DNA of 64,000 bases from NCBI RefSeq assembly GCF_030013595.1, contig NZ_CP122768.1. The stretch is one strand, 5' to 3'. The DNA comes from Escherichia coli. GTDB taxonomy: Bacteria > Pseudomonadota > Gammaproteobacteria > Enterobacterales > Enterobacteriaceae. This document shows positions 1 through 13,509 of the stretch, piece after piece. Below the pieces are notes generated by a model that had not been told where the DNA came from, did no database searches, and saw only the letters and a list, made by a program, of their open reading frames with translations. The stretch's first letter is position 1, and each line of letters begins with the position of its first letter. A program made the position numbers and the translations under genes.

Positions 1-487
1 GCTTGACGACGGGCAGGTTATCGCAATGGACAAGCCGGATGAGTTGCTACTCACTCCCGCCAGCTTGCTGCTACCCGCCCAAGCCAGCGAAGTGATCCGC
101 TTCTTCTATAAGGGACCAGCAGATGAAAAAGAGCGCTACTACCGCATTGTCTGGTTTGATCAGGCCCTCAGTGATGCGCAGCGCGATAATGCCAACCGTA
201 GCGCTGTGGCCACTGCTTCCGCCCGCATCGGCACCATTCTGGTCGTCGCCCCCCGCCAGGCGAACTACCACTTTCAGTACGCCAACGGCTCCCTGACAAA
301 TACAGGAAATGCGACGCTGCGGATCCTCGCCTACGGCCCCTGCCTGAAAGCCGCCAATGGTAAAGAGTGTAAAGAGAATTACTACCTGATGCCGGGCAAG
401 TCGCGTCGTTTTACCCGCGTGGACACGGCGGATAACAAAGGACGGGTTGCACTTTGGCAGGGTGATAAGTTCATTCCCGTGAAATAG
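1..487 (+). CDS. ecpB: EcpB (MatC) fimbrial chaperone, 3' part only; gene begins upstream of the window
   Basis: Reading frame open to window start; the encoded C-terminus is paralogous to the EcpE chaperone at 4640-5350 (KERYYRIVW vs [15 protein letters not shown] vs VVRPRQ); lies directly upstream of the usher gene; recalled match to E. coli EcpB. Confidence 0.8.
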
Positions 488-512
488 ATAGCTGTGCAGA
501 TGGATAATGACA

Positions 513-3038
513 ATGCCTTTACGACGGTTCTCCCCAGGACTGAAAGCCCAGTTTGCCTTCGGCATGGTCTTTTTGTTCGTTCAGCCCGATGCCAGCGCTG
601 CTGACATAAGTGCGCAGCAAATAGGTGGGGTGATTATTCCGCAGGCCTTCAGTCAGGCGCTTCAGGACGGCATGAGCGTCCCACTTTATATTCATCTCGC
701 CGGTAGCCAGGGGCGCCAGGACGATCAGCGAATCGGCAGCGCTTTTATCTGGCTGGATGATGGACAGCTACGCATCCGGAAAATACAGCTGGAAGAGAGT
801 GAAGATAACGCCAGTGTCAGCGAACAAACTCGACAGCAGCTGATGGCTCTGGCGAACGCCCCGTTCAATGAGGCCCTTACCATCCCCCTGACTGACAACG
901 CGCAGCTGGATCTCAGCTTGCGCCAACTGCTGCTGCAGCTAGTGGTCAAGCGCGAAGCGCTGGGCACCGTACTACGCTCACGTAGCGAAGACATCGGGCA
1001 GTCCAGTGTTAACACCCTCAGCAGTAATCTGAGCTATAACTTCGGCGTCTATAACAACCAGTTGCGTAACGGCGGGAGCAACACATCCAGCTATCTGTCG
1101 CTGAATAACGTTACTGCACTGCGCGAACATCACGTGGTGCTCGACGGCTCGCTGTACGGGATCGGTAGCGGTCAACAGGACAGTGAATTATATAAAGCGA
1201 TGTATGAACGCGATTTTGCCGGTCACCGATTTGCCGGTGGAATGCTCGATACCTGGAACTTGCAGTCCTTAGGGCCGATGACCGCCATTTCAGCAGGGAA
1301 GATTTACGGCCTTTCCTGGGGAAACCAGGCCAGCTCCACCATCTTCGACAGCAGCCAGTCAGCCACGCCAGTGATCGCCTTTTTACCGGCGGCGGGCGAA
1401 GTACATCTCACCCGTGATGGGCGGCTACTAAGCGTTCAGAACTTCACCATGGGCAATCATGAAGTGGATACCCGGGGTCTACCGTACGGTATTTACGATG
1501 TGGAAGTTGAGGTAATCGTTAACGGTCGCGTGATCAGCAAACGCACTCAACGGGTCAATAAGCTGTTTAGCCGGGGGCGCGGCGTCGGTGCACCACTGGC
1601 GTGGCAGATATGGGGCGGTAGCTTTCATATGGATCGCTGGTCGGAAAACGGGAAAAAGACGCGACCAGCTAAAGAGAGTTGGCTGGCAGGTGCCTCGACC
1701 TCCGGCTCACTGAGTACGCTTAGCTGGGCGGCAACGGGATATGGATACGATAATCAGGCGGTGGGCGAAACCCGTCTGACGCTGCCGCTTGGGGGGGCGA
1801 TCAACGTTAACCTGCAAAATATGCTGGCCAGTGACAGCTCATGGAGCAACATCGCCAGCATCAGCGCCACTCTACCGGGAGGCTTTAGTTCGCTGTGGGT
1901 TAATCAGGAAAAAACCCGCATTGGCAATCAATTGCGACGTAGCGATGCCGACAACCGTGCAATCGGCGGCACACTCAACCTGAACTCACTGTGGTCGAAG
2001 CTGGGCACATTCAGCATCAGCTACAATGATGACCGCCGTTACAACAGCCATTATTACACGGCAGATTACTATCAAAATGTCTACAGCGGTCCCTTTGGTT
2101 CGCTTGGCCTGCGGGCCGGTATTCAGCGCTATAACAACGGCGACAGCAACGCCAATACAGGGAAATATATCGCTCTCGATCTCTCGCTACCACTGGGCAA
2201 CTGGTTTAGCGCAGGGATGACCCATCAAAACGGCTACACCATGGCAAACCTGTCAGCACGCAAACAGTTTGATGAAGGAACCATTCGCACTGTTGGTGCC
2301 AATCTGTCACGAGCCATCTCCGGCGATACCGGTGATGACAAAACCCTCAGCGGTGGGGCGTATGCACAGTTCGACGCTCGTTACGCCAGCGGAACGCTGA
2401 ACGTTAATAGCGCGGCGGACGGCTACATCAATACCAATTTGACCGCCAACGGCAGCGTCGGCTGGCAGGGTAAAAACATCGCTGCCAGCGGGCGGACCGA
2501 TGGCAACGCTGGGGTGATATTCGACACTGGCCTGGAGAACGATGGTCAGATCAGCGCCAAAATCAACGGGCGGATTTTCCCGCTTAACGGCAAGCGTAAC
2601 TATCTCCCGCTCTCTCCCTATGGAAGATATGAGGTGGAGTTGCAGAACAGCAAAAACTCACTCGACAGTTACGATATCGTCAGCGGTCGCAAAAGTCATC
2701 TGACTCTCTATCCAGGCAATGTCGCTGTCATTGAGCCAGAGGTGAAGCAGATGGTTACCGTCTCCGGTCGTATCCGTGCGGAAGACGGCACACTGCTGGC
2801 TAACGCACGGATTAACAACCATATCGGCCGAACCCGAACCGATGAAAACGGCGAGTTTGTCATGGACGTGGATAAGAAATACCCCACTATCGATTTTCGC
2901 TACAGTGGCAATAAAACCTGCGAAGTGGCACTGGAACTCAACCAGGCGCGCGGTGCCGTCTGGGTCGGTGATGTGGTCTGCAGCGGCCTCTCATCGTGGG
3001 CGGCGGTGACGCAGACAGGAGAAGAGAATGAGAGTTAA
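513..3038 (+). CDS. ecpC: EcpC (MatD) outer-membrane fimbrial usher, 841 aa
   Basis: ORF 507-3038; start moved to third Met to give the 841 aa usher length; recalled N-terminus [17 protein letters not shown]; position between ecpB and ecpD. Confidence 0.9.
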   Translation: MPLRRFSPGLKAQFAFGMVFLFVQPDASAADISAQQIGGVIIPQAFSQALQDGMSVPLYIHLAGSQGRQDDQRIGSAFIWLDDGQLRIRKIQLEESEDNASVSEQTRQQLMALANAPFNEALTIPLTDNAQLDLSLRQLLLQLVVKREALGTVLRSRSEDIGQSSVNTLSSNLSYNFGVYNNQLRNGGSNTSSYLSLNNVTALREHHVVLDGSLYGIGSGQQDSELYKAMYERDFAGHRFAGGMLDTWNLQSLGPMTAISAGKIYGLSWGNQASSTIFDSSQSATPVIAFLPAAGEVHLTRDGRLLSVQNFTMGNHEVDTRGLPYGIYDVEVEVIVNGRVISKRTQRVNKLFSRGRGVGAPLAWQIWGGSFHMDRWSENGKKTRPAKESWLAGASTSGSLSTLSWAATGYGYDNQAVGETRLTLPLGGAINVNLQNMLASDSSWSNIASISATLPGGFSSLWVNQEKTRIGNQLRRSDADNRAIGGTLNLNSLWSKLGTFSISYNDDRRYNSHYYTADYYQNVYSGPFGSLGLRAGIQRYNNGDSNANTGKYIALDLSLPLGNWFSAGMTHQNGYTMANLSARKQFDEGTIRTVGANLSRAISGDTGDDKTLSGGAYAQFDARYASGTLNVNSAADGYINTNLTANGSVGWQGKNIAASGRTDGNAGVIFDTGLENDGQISAKINGRIFPLNGKRNYLPLSPYGRYEVELQNSKNSLDSYDIVSGRKSHLTLYPGNVAVIEPEVKQMVTVSGRIRAEDGTLLANARINNHIGRTRTDENGEFVMDVDKKYPTIDFRYSGNKTCEVALELNQARGAVWVGDVVCSGLSSWAAVTQTGEENES

Positions 3039-4671
3039 CCTACTGATAGCGATGATAATCTTTGCGCTAATCTGGCCTGCAACCGCGCTCAGAGCGGCAG
3101 TGAGCAAAACAACCTGGGCGGATGCTCCGGCACGCGAGTTTGTGTTTGTCGAAAACAACTCAGACGACAACTTTTTCGTCACGCCTGGCGGGGCGCTGGA
3201 TCCGCGCCTGACCGGTGCCAACCGCTGGACCGGTTTAAAATACACTGGCTCAGGAACCATCTATCAGCAAAGCCTCGGCTACATTGATAACGGTTACAAC
3301 ACCGGCCTTTATACCAACTGGAAGTTTGATATGTGGCTGGAAAATTCACCAGTTTCATCTCCTTTAACTGGCTTGCGCTGCATCAACTGGTACGCAGGGT
3401 GTAATATGACCACCAGTCTTATCCTGCCGCAAACCACCGACGCCAGTGGATTTTATGGCGCGACGGTGACCAGCGGCGGCGCGAAGTGGATGCACGGCAT
3501 GTTGTCAGACGCGTTTTACCAGTATCTGCAACAAATGCCCGTCGGCAGCAGCTTTACAATGACCATCAATGCCTGCCAGACCTCTGTGAACTATGACGCC
3601 AGTAGCGGCGCACGCTGTAAGGATCAGGCCTCCGGCAACTGGTATGTTCGCAACGTCACCCATACGAAAGCAGCAAATCTGCGGTTGATAAATACCCACT
3701 CGCTGGCGGAAGTATTTATCAACAGCGACGGAGTACCGACTCTGGGCGAAGGGAACGCCGACTGCCGGACGCAAACCATCGGCAGCCGTTCAGGATTAAG
3801 TTGTAAGATGGTTAACTATACCCTGCAAACAAACGGACTCAGCAACACCTCAATCCATATCTTCCCGGCGATCGCCAACTCGTCGTTAGCCTCGGCCGTC
3901 GGGGCGTACGATATGCAGTTCAGTCTGAATGGCAGTTCATGGAAACCGGTGAGCAATACTGCCTATTACTACACCTTCAACGAGATGAAGAGCGCAGACT
4001 CGATCTATGTTTTCTTCTCGAGCAACTTCTTTAAGCAGATGGTGAACCTCGGGATCAGCGATATCAACACCAAAGATCTATTCAACTTTCGCTTTCAGAA
4101 CACCACATCACCGGAGTCTGGCTGGTATGAATTTTCTACCTCCAACACGCTGATTATCAAACCCCGTGATTTCAGCATCAGTATTATCTCCGATGAATAT
4201 ACTCAGACACCGTCGCGGGAGGGATATGTTGGCAGCGGCGAGTCGGCACTCGATTTCGGCTATATCGTAACCACCAGCGGTAAAACAGCTGCCGACGAAG
4301 TGCTGATCAAGGTGACCGGACCCGCGCAGGTGATTGGCGGGCGCTCCTATTGTGTCTTCAGCTCCGATGACGGTAAGGCGAAAGTACCGTTCCCGGCGAC
4401 ACTTTCCTTTATTACCCGCAACGGAGCTACAAAAACCTACGATGCCGGGTGCGATGATAGCTGGCGGGATATGACCGATGCGCTGTGGTTGACCACACCG
4501 TGGACTGATATCTCTGGCGAAGTGGGGCAGATGGATAAGACCACAGTCAAATTTTCGATTCCAATGGATAACGCCATTTCGCTGCGTACGGTAGATGATA
4601 ACGGCTGGTTTGGCGAAGTCAGCGCTTCAGGAGAAATTCATGTTCAGGCGACGTGGCGTAACATTAACTAA
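3028..4671 (+). CDS. ecpD: EcpD (MatE) fimbrial tip adhesin, 547 aa
   Basis: 547 aa ORF with signal peptide, overlaps ecpC stop by 11 nt; length and context match EcpD. Confidence 0.9.
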   Translation: MRVNLLIAMIIFALIWPATALRAAVSKTTWADAPAREFVFVENNSDDNFFVTPGGALDPRLTGANRWTGLKYTGSGTIYQQSLGYIDNGYNTGLYTNWKFDMWLENSPVSSPLTGLRCINWYAGCNMTTSLILPQTTDASGFYGATVTSGGAKWMHGMLSDAFYQYLQQMPVGSSFTMTINACQTSVNYDASSGARCKDQASGNWYVRNVTHTKAANLRLINTHSLAEVFINSDGVPTLGEGNADCRTQTIGSRSGLSCKMVNYTLQTNGLSNTSIHIFPAIANSSLASAVGAYDMQFSLNGSSWKPVSNTAYYYTFNEMKSADSIYVFFSSNFFKQMVNLGISDINTKDLFNFRFQNTTSPESGWYEFSTSNTLIIKPRDFSISIISDEYTQTPSREGYVGSGESALDFGYIVTTSGKTAADEVLIKVTGPAQVIGGRSYCVFSSDDGKAKVPFPATLSFITRNGATKTYDAGCDDSWRDMTDALWLTTPWTDISGEVGQMDKTTVKFSIPMDNAISLRTVDDNGWFGEVSASGEIHVQATWRNIN

Positions 4672-5350
4672 GGCCCTGCTGACAGCGGTCTGTATGCTGG
4701 CGGCACCTTTGACACAGGCGATTTCGGTCGGCAATCTGACATTTTCGCTGCCGTCCGAGACTGACTTTGTCAGCAAACGTGTAGTGAATAACAACAAAAG
4801 CGCACGGATATACCGTATTGCCATCAGTGCTATCGATAGCCCGGGCAGCAGTGAATTGCGCACCCGACCGGTGGATGGTGAACTGCTTTTCGCCCCCCGC
4901 CAGCTGGCGTTGCAGGCTGGTGAGAGCGAGTATTTTAAATTTTACTATCATGGTCCACGGGATAACCGCGAGCGCTACTACCGGGTCTCATTTCGCGAGG
5001 TCCCCACTCGCAACCAGACAAGACGCAGCCCAACCGGCGGCGAGGTCAGCACGGAGCCGGTGGTGGTGATGGATACCATTCTGGTAGTACGACCTCGTCA
5101 GGTTCAGTTTAAATGGTCCTTCGACAAGGTGACAGGAACGGTAAGTAACACTGGCAACACGTGGTTTAAGCTACTGATTAAGCCAGGATGTGATTCGACC
5201 GAAGAGGAAGGCGATGCCTGGTATCTACGTCCGGGAGACGTAGTTCATCAGCCTGAGTTACGTCAGCCGGGGAATCATTATCTGGTCTATAACGACAAAT
5301 TCATTAAGATTAGCGATTCCTGTCCTGCTAAGCCCCCTTCGGCGGACTAA
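4640..5350 (+). CDS. ecpE: EcpE (MatF) fimbrial chaperone, 236 aa
   Basis: ORF 4595-5350; start placed at MFRRRGVT to give 236 aa with signal peptide; paralogous to EcpB. Confidence 0.85.
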   Translation: MFRRRGVTLTKALLTAVCMLAAPLTQAISVGNLTFSLPSETDFVSKRVVNNNKSARIYRIAISAIDSPGSSELRTRPVDGELLFAPRQLALQAGESEYFKFYYHGPRDNRERYYRVSFREVPTRNQTRRSPTGGEVSTEPVVVMDTILVVRPRQVQFKWSFDKVTGTVSNTGNTWFKLLIKPGCDSTEEEGDAWYLRPGDVVHQPELRQPGNHYLVYNDKFIKISDSCPAKPPSAD

Positions 5351-5663
5351 GACTTATCCATCGGACGAGGGAAGAACTCCACCTCAGAGACTCAAATAAT
5401 CGTTTAAATGATGTGGAAGCGATCGTCAATGTCACCTGTAATGATGGGCTTTCTCATATGTACACCATAGTGTTCAGGAGACACGGAAAGGTACCAGGCA
5501 GCCTGCTAACGAGTGGTTTATTCACGAATTAGTACGTAAAATCGGTAACGGCTGGAAATCATTCAATACTCACACTATCGAAAGTACACCAGCCAACCGC
5601 GGTACGTTCTTACATACGATGTACCGCTGTTCTCTTTACGATTTATAGCTGTACTGGTGAATT

Positions 5664-5993
5664 ATGAGCAATCTGAATCCATGCATGACGTGTGGTGCCT
5701 GTTGTGCATTTTTCCGCGTCTCTTTTTACTGGGCCGAAGCCGACGATGCTGGCGGTACCATTCCCGCCAGGCTCACTGAACAAATATCCCCTTTTCACCG
5801 ATGCATGAGCGGTACCAATCAGAAAAACCCCCGATGTATTGCCCTTGCAGGAACACCGGGCAAAAATGCCTGCTGCACGATATATAAAAATCGATCGTCC
5901 ACGTGCAGAGAATTCGCCATGTCTGGTGAGAACGGAGTCGTCAATGAGGCTTGCAATCGTGCAAGAGCTAAATACGGGCTGACACCGTTATAA
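5664..5993 (+). CDS. ykgJ: YkgJ, Cys-rich zinc/iron-chelating (UPF0153) protein, 109 aa
   Basis: 109 aa ORF with CxxCxxCC and CC motifs; conserved position between ecp operon and yagU. Confidence 0.85.
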
Positions 5994-6199
5994 ATATGCA
6001 ATAATTAATTGCACTGCCCCGCCAGCTATAATCGCGGGGCTTCGTTTTTCAGGGATAACAAAACCCGAAACTTCTTCCATCTGCCAGCAACAATGCCTCT
6101 TCCTCTATAGTGTTCTCCGGATCTACAGCATCCTGAAGTAGCGCGATGTACTCATTGGCTATCTGCATCAGAAAGTTAAAAACAATGTTTTTAACCTAT

Positions 6200-6228
6200 A
6201 AAAATGGCGCTTTATTTGCGCCATTTTT
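6200..6228. terminator. Bidirectional rho-independent terminator between convergent ykgJ and yagU
   Basis: Perfect inverted repeat aaaaatggcgc / gcgccattttt with 6 nt loop, flanked by A/T runs on both strands. Confidence 0.55.
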
Positions 6229-6241
6229 ATCATTCAATGCA

Positions 6242-6856
6242 TTATCTGTTTGAGCCTAAAGGGATCTCAGGGTCTGGCTCATGAGTAATTCTGTTTCGTA
6301 AATCTCTGCGAATAATTTCAATGGACCAGAACCAGACTAAATGTCCAAAAATTTCAGAAACATTCTCATACCAAGGGAGATCAAACAGAGGTGGCGTCAG
6401 TCCCATGAGAGGGAATGAAATCATATGAACAAAAAGTTGGGCTAAAGCACCTGCCAGTAAGCCCTGCCAGAGTTTAATTTTTGGAAATACTTCAGCGACC
6501 ACACAATAACCGACAGCAAACACTATCGAAAAGATAATGTGCGTAACACCAACCCAGTTAAAGACATGCCCGGCAAAGGTATAAACAGCCGCATTGGGAT
6601 CTGTCAGCCCCAACCAGTCTCGAAGAAAAATATACGGAGGATTGAGAAAATTACGGGAGCAATCAATTTGCCCAGCAGCCCTGATTAATGATTCCGGGCC
6701 ACACGCTGCATTAAACATATCCACCGGGCTACGTGGCGGCAATGGAACTTCAGCCCCCCACTTCACAAATGCGGAAACAACGCCAGCAATCAGCCCAATG
6801 AATGCAGCAAGACCATAACGTCTGCGGTTCGGTGGAGTTTGTTCAAATATATTCAT
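6242..6856 (-). CDS. yagU: YagU inner-membrane protein (DUF1440), 204 aa
   Basis: 204 aa hydrophobic ORF; conserved neighbour of paoA in E. coli. Confidence 0.85.
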
Positions 6857-7261
6857 ATCTACCCTGCTTGTACCATTATGTTATACACCTCTTCAGGAGT
6901 ATTCATAAAACAAGACAAATGTAAAGAACCGTATTGTTTTGTATAATGCAATGGTGCCTAATCGCCAATTAATATAAGCACCATCATTTCTCCCTATTTT
7001 TATATTAGAAGTGACAACGATTTGCAGGGTAATGCAGAGCTGACAATCACAGGTTTCCTTATCGGTTTTTGCATCGCACAACTAAAGCAATAAACTAGCT
7101 CCCGTCATCGGCGAATATGAATTAATTAGCCGGGCTCATAGCTGCATTCGCGTTTTAAGAATAATCCTCCTGCTCTCACCGACTATGCTTAACGTTTAAA
7201 AAAGCATCAGCACTCTCGCAACGCACTCTTATTTTCCCCTTTAGAATACCGGAGGCCTGGT

Positions 7262-7951
7262 ATGAGCAACCAAGGCGAATACCCCGAAGATAATCGGGTT
7301 GGGAAGCACGAGCCGCACGATTTTAGTTTGACCCGTCGCGATCTGATTAAAGTCAGCGCCGCAACGGCGGCGACCGCCGTGGTTTATCCTCATTCTACGC
7401 TTGCAGCAAGCGTTCCGGCAGCTACACCCGCGCCAGAGATAATGCCCCTGACACTTAAGGTGAGCGGCAAAACCGAGCAGCTTGAGGTGGATACCCGAAC
7501 CACGCTACTGGACGCTTTGCGTGAAAATCTGCATCTGATCGGTACCAAGAAAGGTTGCGATCACGGGCAGTGCGGAGCCTGTACCGTGCTGGTCAATGGT
7601 CGCAGGCTTAATGCCTGCCTGACGCTTGCAGTCATGCATCAGGGGGCCGAGATCACCACCATTGAAGGCCTGGGTTCACCAGATAATCTTCACCCCATGC
7701 AGGCGGCCTTTATCAAGCATGATGGCTTCCAGTGCGGCTACTGCACCTCCGGGCAAATTTGCTCATCAGTAGCGGTGCTAAAAGAGATTCAGGACGGCAT
7801 TCCCAGTCACGTCACGGTCGATTTGGTTTCCGCTCCAGAAACAACTGCCGATGAGATCCGTGAACGTATGAGCGGCAACATCTGTCGCTGTGGTGCATAC
7901 GCTAACATCCTTGCCGCCATTGAAGATGCTGCGGGGGAGATAAAATCATGA
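7262..7951 (+). CDS. paoA: PaoA, periplasmic aldehyde oxidoreductase 2Fe-2S subunit with Tat signal
   Basis: 229 aa; twin-arginine motif TRRDLIKVS; Cys clusters [10 protein letters not shown] and CGYC...CRCG typical of 2Fe-2S ferredoxin subunits. Confidence 0.9.
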   Translation: MSNQGEYPEDNRVGKHEPHDFSLTRRDLIKVSAATAATAVVYPHSTLAASVPAATPAPEIMPLTLKVSGKTEQLEVDTRTTLLDALRENLHLIGTKKGCDHGQCGACTVLVNGRRLNACLTLAVMHQGAEITTIEGLGSPDNLHPMQAAFIKHDGFQCGYCTSGQICSSVAVLKEIQDGIPSHVTVDLVSAPETTADEIRERMSGNICRCGAYANILAAIEDAAGEIKS

Positions 7952-8904
7952 AGGCGTTTACCTATGAACGAGTGAACACCCCGGCCGAGGCGGCACTTAG
8001 CGCTCAGCGCGTACCCGGCGCAAAATTTATCGCTGGCGGGACCAATCTGCTGGACCTGATGAAGCTGGAAATTGAAACGCCAACCCACCTTATCGATGTG
8101 AACGGGCTCGGGCTCGATAAGATTGAAGTGACCGACGCGGGTGGGCTGCGCATCGGCGCACTGGTACGGAACACCGACCTGGCAGCTCACGAGCGCGTGC
8201 GTCGTGATTATGCGGTACTCTCCCGCGCCCTGCTCGCTGGCGCGTCTGGTCAGTTACGCAATCAGGCAACCACCGCAGGTAATCTGCTCCAGCGCACGCG
8301 CTGCCCCTATTTTTACGACACCAATCAGCCCTGCAATAAGCGCCTGCCCGGAAGCGGCTGCGCGGCACTTGAAGGCTTTAGCCGTCAGCACGCGGTGGTA
8401 GGCGTAAGCGAAGCCTGCATTGCCACCCATCCGAGCGATATGGCGGTCGCAATGCGGTTGCTGGATGCGGTGGTGGAAACCATCACGCCGGAGGGAAAGA
8501 CTCGCAGTATCACACTGGCTGATTTTTATCACCCTCCGGGAAAAACGCCGCACATTGAAACCGCCCTGCTTCCCGGTGAGCTTATCGTTGCGGTGACGTT
8601 ACCTCCGCCGCTCGGCGGAAAACATATCTACCGCAAGGTGCGCGATCGCGCCTCCTACGCCTTTGCCCTTGTATCGGTCGCGGCGATTATTAAGCCTGAC
8701 GGCAGCGGGCGCGTCGCGCTGGGCGGAGTAGCACATAAGCCCTGGCGCATTGAGGCTGCGGATGCTCAGCTATCCCAGGGGGCGCAGGCCGTGTATGACG
8801 CGCTGTTCGCCAGCGCCCATCCCACCGCTGAAAATACCTTTAAACTCCTGTTGGCGAAGCGAACGCTTGCCTCCGTACTGGCTGAAGCGAGGGCACTGGC
8901 ATGA
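7948..8904 (+). CDS. paoB: PaoB, aldehyde oxidoreductase FAD-binding subunit
   Basis: 318 aa, ATGA overlap with paoA; length and operon order match YagS. Confidence 0.9.
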   Translation: MKAFTYERVNTPAEAALSAQRVPGAKFIAGGTNLLDLMKLEIETPTHLIDVNGLGLDKIEVTDAGGLRIGALVRNTDLAAHERVRRDYAVLSRALLAGASGQLRNQATTAGNLLQRTRCPYFYDTNQPCNKRLPGSGCAALEGFSRQHAVVGVSEACIATHPSDMAVAMRLLDAVVETITPEGKTRSITLADFYHPPGKTPHIETALLPGELIVAVTLPPPLGGKHIYRKVRDRASYAFALVSVAAIIKPDGSGRVALGGVAHKPWRIEAADAQLSQGAQAVYDALFASAHPTAENTFKLLLAKRTLASVLAEARALA

Positions 8905-11099
8905 AATTTGATAAACCCGCAGGGGAAAACCCGATCGATCAGCTGAAGGTTGTCGGTCGTCCCCATGACCGCATCGACGGACCGCTGAAAACTACCGGCA
9001 CGGCACGCTACGCCTACGAATGGTATGAAGAAGCTCCCAACGCCGCCTATGGTTATATCGTCGGTTCCGCCATTGCCAAAGGATGCCTCACCGCCCTCGA
9101 TACGGACGCCGCGCAAAAAGCGCCGGGCGTACTGGCTGTCATTACCGCCAGTAACGCCGGGGCACTCGGCAAAGGCGACAAAAACACCGCCAGGCTGTTA
9201 GGCGGCCCGACTATTGAGCACTATCATCAGGCCATTGCGCTGGTAGTGGCCGAGACCTTCGAACAGGCGCGAGCGGCGGCCTCGCTGGTGCAGGCGCACT
9301 ATCGCCGTAATAAAGGAGCTTACTCCCTGGCGGACGAGAAACAGGCCGTCAGTCAGCCGCCGGAAGACACGCCCGATAAAAATGTTGGTGACTTTGACGG
9401 GGCTTTCACCTCCGCTGCGGTGAAGATTGATGCTACCTACACGACCCCGGACCAGAGCCATATGGCGATGGAGCCGCATGCCTCGATGGCCGTCTGGGAT
9501 GGGAATAAGCTTACCCTCTGGACCTCAAATCAGATGATTGACTGGTGCCGCACCGATCTGGCAAAAACGCTGAAAGTGCCCGTGGAGAATGTGCGTATTA
9601 TCTCCCCGTATATCGGTGGAGGGTTTGGCGGCAAGCTGTTCCTGAGAAGCGATGCGCTGCTGGCGGCCCTCGCCGCCCGTGCGGTGAAACGTCCGGTTAA
9701 AGTGATGCTCCCCCGCCCCACTATTCCCAATAACACAACGCACCGCCCCGCCACCCTTCAGCACCTGCGTATCGGTGCCGACCAGAGCGGGAAAATCACT
9801 GCTATCTCACATGAAAGCTGGTCCGGAAACCTGCCCGGCGGCACGCCGGAAACGGCGGTACAGCAAAGCGAATTTCTTTACGCAGGGGCGAATCGTCATA
9901 CCGGCCTGCGGCTCGCCACGCTTGATTTGCCGGAAGGGAACGCCATGCGTGCGCCCGGCGAAGCCCCCGGTCTGATGGCGCTCGAAATCGCGATCGATGA
10001 ACTGGCGGAAAAAGCAGGCATCGATCCCGTCGAGTTTCGCATCCTGAATGACACTCAGGTTGACCCCGCCGACCCGACGCGCCGCTTCTCTCGCCGTCAG
10101 CTTATTGAGTGCTTGCGCACCGGAGCGGATAAATTTGGCTGGAAGCAGCGCAACGCCACACCCGGACAGGTACGCGACGGGGAGTGGCTAGTCGGCCACG
10201 GTGTTGCGGCGGGCTTTCGCAATAATCTGCTGGAAAAATCGGGTGCTCGGGTTCACCTAGAACAAAACGGCACCGTTACCGTGGAAACGGACATGACCGA
10301 TATTGGCACCGGCAGCTACACAATTCTGGCTCAGACGGCAGCGGAAATGCTTGGCGTACCGCTGGAGCAGGTTGCGGTTCACCTCGGCGATTCCAGTTTC
10401 CCGGTTTCTGCGGGTTCTGGTGGACAATGGGGCGCGAATACCTCCACCTCCGGCGTTTACGCCGCCTGTGTGAAACTTCGCGAAATGATTGCCTCGGCAG
10501 TCGGGTTTGATCCTGGGCAGTCGCAGTTTGCCGACGGCAAGATTACCAACGGTACCCGAAGCGCCACGCTACATGAGGCCACCGCAGGCGGCAGGCTGAC
10601 AGCGGAAGAGAGCATTGAATTCGGAACACTGAGCAAGGAGTACCAGCAATCGACCTTTGCCGGGCATTTTGTGGAGGTCGGCGTGCATAGCGCGACGGGA
10701 GAAGTTCGGGTCCGGCGTATGCTCGCTGTGTGTGCTGCAGGACGCATCCTGAATCCGAAAACCGCACGCAGCCAGGTCATTGGCGCAATGACTATGGGCA
10801 TGGGCGCGGCACTGATGGAGGAGCTGGCGGTGGATGACCGTTTGGGCTACTTCGTTAATCACGATATGGCGGGGTATGAGGTGCCGGTTCATGCGGATAT
10901 CCCAAAACAGGAGGTGATTTTCCTGGATGATACCGACCCCATATCCTCCCCGATGAAGGCCAAAGGTGTCGGTGAGCTGGGCCTGTGCGGCGTGAGCGCG
11001 GCTATCGCCAACGCGGTGTATAACGCCACCGGTATTCGGGTACGGGATTATCCCATCACTCTGGATAAGCTGCTCGATAAGCTGCCGGATGTGGTTTAA
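8901..11099 (+). CDS. paoC: PaoC, aldehyde oxidoreductase molybdopterin-binding subunit
   Basis: 732 aa, ATGA overlap with paoB; length and order match YagR. Confidence 0.9.
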   Translation: MKFDKPAGENPIDQLKVVGRPHDRIDGPLKTTGTARYAYEWYEEAPNAAYGYIVGSAIAKGCLTALDTDAAQKAPGVLAVITASNAGALGKGDKNTARLLGGPTIEHYHQAIALVVAETFEQARAAASLVQAHYRRNKGAYSLADEKQAVSQPPEDTPDKNVGDFDGAFTSAAVKIDATYTTPDQSHMAMEPHASMAVWDGNKLTLWTSNQMIDWCRTDLAKTLKVPVENVRIISPYIGGGFGGKLFLRSDALLAALAARAVKRPVKVMLPRPTIPNNTTHRPATLQHLRIGADQSGKITAISHESWSGNLPGGTPETAVQQSEFLYAGANRHTGLRLATLDLPEGNAMRAPGEAPGLMALEIAIDELAEKAGIDPVEFRILNDTQVDPADPTRRFSRRQLIECLRTGADKFGWKQRNATPGQVRDGEWLVGHGVAAGFRNNLLEKSGARVHLEQNGTVTVETDMTDIGTGSYTILAQTAAEMLGVPLEQVAVHLGDSSFPVSAGSGGQWGANTSTSGVYAACVKLREMIASAVGFDPGQSQFADGKITNGTRSATLHEATAGGRLTAEESIEFGTLSKEYQQSTFAGHFVEVGVHSATGEVRVRRMLAVCAAGRILNPKTARSQVIGAMTMGMGAALMEELAVDDRLGYFVNHDMAGYEVPVHADIPKQEVIFLDDTDPISSPMKAKGVGELGLCGVSAAIANAVYNATGIRVRDYPITLDKLLDKLPDVV

Positions 11100-11108
11100 G
11101 GAGGAACA

Positions 11109-12062
11109 ATGTCATACCCACTTTTTGACAAAGACGAGCACTGGCATAAGCCAGAGCAGGCGTTTCTCACCGATGACCACCGGACCATTCTGCGCTTCGC
11201 CGTAGAGGCGCTAATGTCCGGTAAAGGAGCGGTGCTGGTGACGCTGGTGGAAATACGCGGCGGCGCGGCGCGCCCGCTCGGGGCTCAGATGGTGGTGCGC
11301 GAAGATGGTCGTTACTGCGGTTTTGTCTCTGGCGGCTGCGTGGAGGCCGCTGCCGCTTTTGAAGCGCTGGAGATGATGGGCTCAGGCCGCGATCGCGAAA
11401 TTCGCTATGGCGAAGGTTCGCCGTGGTTTGACATCGTTCTGCCCTGCGGCGGTGGGATCACGCTGACGCTCCATAAACTACGCTCGGCACAGCCTCTGCT
11501 CGCCGTGCTGAACCGCCTGGAACAGAGAAAACCGGCGGGTCTGCGCTACGATCCGCAAGCACAATCGCTGGTGTGCCTGCCCACGCAAACCCGGACAGGC
11601 TGGAATCTCAATGGCTTTGAGGTGGGGTTCAGGCCATGCGTCAGGCTGATGATTTACGGACGTTCTCTTGAGGCGCAGGCAACCGCGAGTCTTGCAGCAG
11701 CCACAGGCTATGACAGCCATATCTTCGATCTTTTTCCGGCCTCAGCCAGCGCTCAGATCGATACCGATACGGCGGTCATTTTGCTGTGCCATGATCTCAA
11801 CCGGGAGCTGCCAGTGTTGCAGGCCGCGCGAGAAGCAAAACCCTTTTATCTCGGCGCATTGGGCAGCTATCGAACCCACACTTTACGTCTGCAAAAGCTC
11901 CACGAGCTGGGATGGTCCAGGGAGGAGACAGCGCAAATCCGGGCACCCGTCGGGATATTCCCCAAAGCCCGGGATGCGCATACTCTGGCACTCTCCGTGC
12001 TGGCAGAAGTCGCCGCTGTACGTCTCCGTCAGGAGGATTCATGCCTGCCCCCATCGTCCTGA
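11109..12062 (+). CDS. paoD: PaoD, molybdenum cofactor insertion chaperone (XdhC-like)
   Basis: 317 aa directly downstream of paoC; length and order match YagQ. Confidence 0.85.
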   Translation: MSYPLFDKDEHWHKPEQAFLTDDHRTILRFAVEALMSGKGAVLVTLVEIRGGAARPLGAQMVVREDGRYCGFVSGGCVEAAAAFEALEMMGSGRDREIRYGEGSPWFDIVLPCGGGITLTLHKLRSAQPLLAVLNRLEQRKPAGLRYDPQAQSLVCLPTQTRTGWNLNGFEVGFRPCVRLMIYGRSLEAQATASLAAATGYDSHIFDLFPASASAQIDTDTAVILLCHDLNRELPVLQAAREAKPFYLGALGSYRTHTLRLQKLHELGWSREETAQIRAPVGIFPKARDAHTLALSVLAEVAAVRLRQEDSCLPPSS

Positions 12063-12173
12063 TCCTCGCGGCGGGGCGTGGGGAGCGCTTCCTCACCTCC
12101 GGGGGAAATACCCATAAATTAAGAGAAAAATCTGCAGTAGCCGTTTAAGAAAATCACCTAAATCGTTTAAAAG

Positions 12174-12197
12174 AGCGCCCAACCCATAGTGGGCGCT
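12174..12197. terminator. Stem-loop between convergent paoD and MFS transporter gene
   Basis: Inverted repeat agcgccca / tgggcgct; a T-rich run follows on the minus strand. Confidence 0.45.
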
Positions 12198-12240
12198 TAT
12201 CGCCTTGTGTAACTTATTCAGCAACGCGCGCCTCGCCGGA

Positions 12241-13434
12241 CTAAAGCGCACCGGCCTTCTGGCGTGCGGTAACAAAGGTCAGTACGCCAGCGCAAAGGAG
12301 CAGCACGCTACTCATAGCAAACGTGCTCTGCCAGCCAAGGCGGTCAAACACAATGCCTCCTGCCGTTGATCCAAGGGCGATGGCGAGCTGAATCACCGCG
12401 ACCATGAGCCCGCCTCCGGCTTCGGCGTTGTCAGGCAACGTACGCGCAATCCATGTCCACCATCCGGTTGGCGCGGCGGTGGCCAGCATGCCCCAGAGTC
12501 CTAACAGCAGCGAGACCGTCCAGACGTGATGCCCGGTAAGCATCAGACCGATGGCAATGACGGCCATCAGTCCGGGTATGGCCATCAGCGTGGGGTAGAA
12601 TTTTCTGTTGAGAAATGCCGAAACAACCAGCGTGCCAATAAAACCGGCCACGCCGATAATCAGCAAAATCGACGACAAGCCTAAGGAATTAACCCGTGTC
12701 ACCGACTCCAGAAACGGGCGCACATAGGTGAATAGCGCAAACTGCCCCATGAAAAACAGGCCACAAGCTATCATGCCGACCACAACCATGCGGCGGCTAA
12801 ATAAGCGGAATACCGCGCCACATGAAGTGTGGCTTTTATTCGCATCCATGCTTGGCAGGCTGATGCACTGCCAGATAAAGGCGACAACCGCGATGGGCAC
12901 CAGGCACAAGAAAGCGCCTCGCCATCCGACCGTAGCCCCCAGATAGCTTCCCAGCGGTGCGGCCACGACCGTCGCCAGCGCATTACCGGCGTTGAAAATT
13001 GCCAGCGCACGCGTGACCTGATGCTGCGGCACCAGACGAATCGCCGTTGCCGCTGACATCGACCAGAATCCGCCAATAGCCACACCAATCATCGCACGAC
13101 CGACCATATACATCAGATAACTGGAAGCCAGCGCAATAATAAGCCCCGATACGGCCATCAGAACCGTCATCCCCAGCAGCAGGAACTTACGATTCATCTT
13201 TCCAGCTAGCGTTGAAAGCGTCAGGCTGGTCAGAACCGCCAGCGCGCCGGAGATAGCAATCCCCTGCCCTGCCAGCCCCTCCGTCACGCCTAAATCGCGG
13301 GTAATCGGCGTGAGCAGGCTGACGGGCATAAATTCAGAAGCAATCAGCACAAACACGCACAGGGTCATGGCAAAAATACCGCCCCAGTATGCGCGCTGAT
13401 GATGAGGTGATAGTGTTTGGCTTAGTGTCGACAT
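12241..13434 (-). CDS. MFS family transporter
   Basis: 397 aa, about 12 predicted hydrophobic helices, glycine-rich MFS-like loops. Confidence 0.8.
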   Translation of the reverse strand: MSTLSQTLSPHHQRAYWGGIFAMTLCVFVLIASEFMPVSLLTPITRDLGVTEGLAGQGIAISGALAVLTSLTLSTLAGKMNRKFLLLGMTVLMAVSGLIIALASSYLMYMVGRAMIGVAIGGFWSMSAATAIRLVPQHQVTRALAIFNAGNALATVVAAPLGSYLGATVGWRGAFLCLVPIAVVAFIWQCISLPSMDANKSHTSCGAVFRLFSRRMVVVGMIACGLFFMGQFALFTYVRPFLESVTRVNSLGLSSILLIIGVAGFIGTLVVSAFLNRKFYPTLMAIPGLMAVIAIGLMLTGHHVWTVSLLLGLWGMLATAAPTGWWTWIARTLPDNAEAGGGLMVAVIQLAIALGSTAGGIVFDRLGWQSTFAMSSVLLLCAGVLTFVTARQKAGAL

Positions 13435-13509
13435 AGTGAAATTTCACAAAGATCAGGATAAAAGCCACCAGCCTATGGCCGATGGCTTTGCATCAATTCA
13501 GGAGAGGTT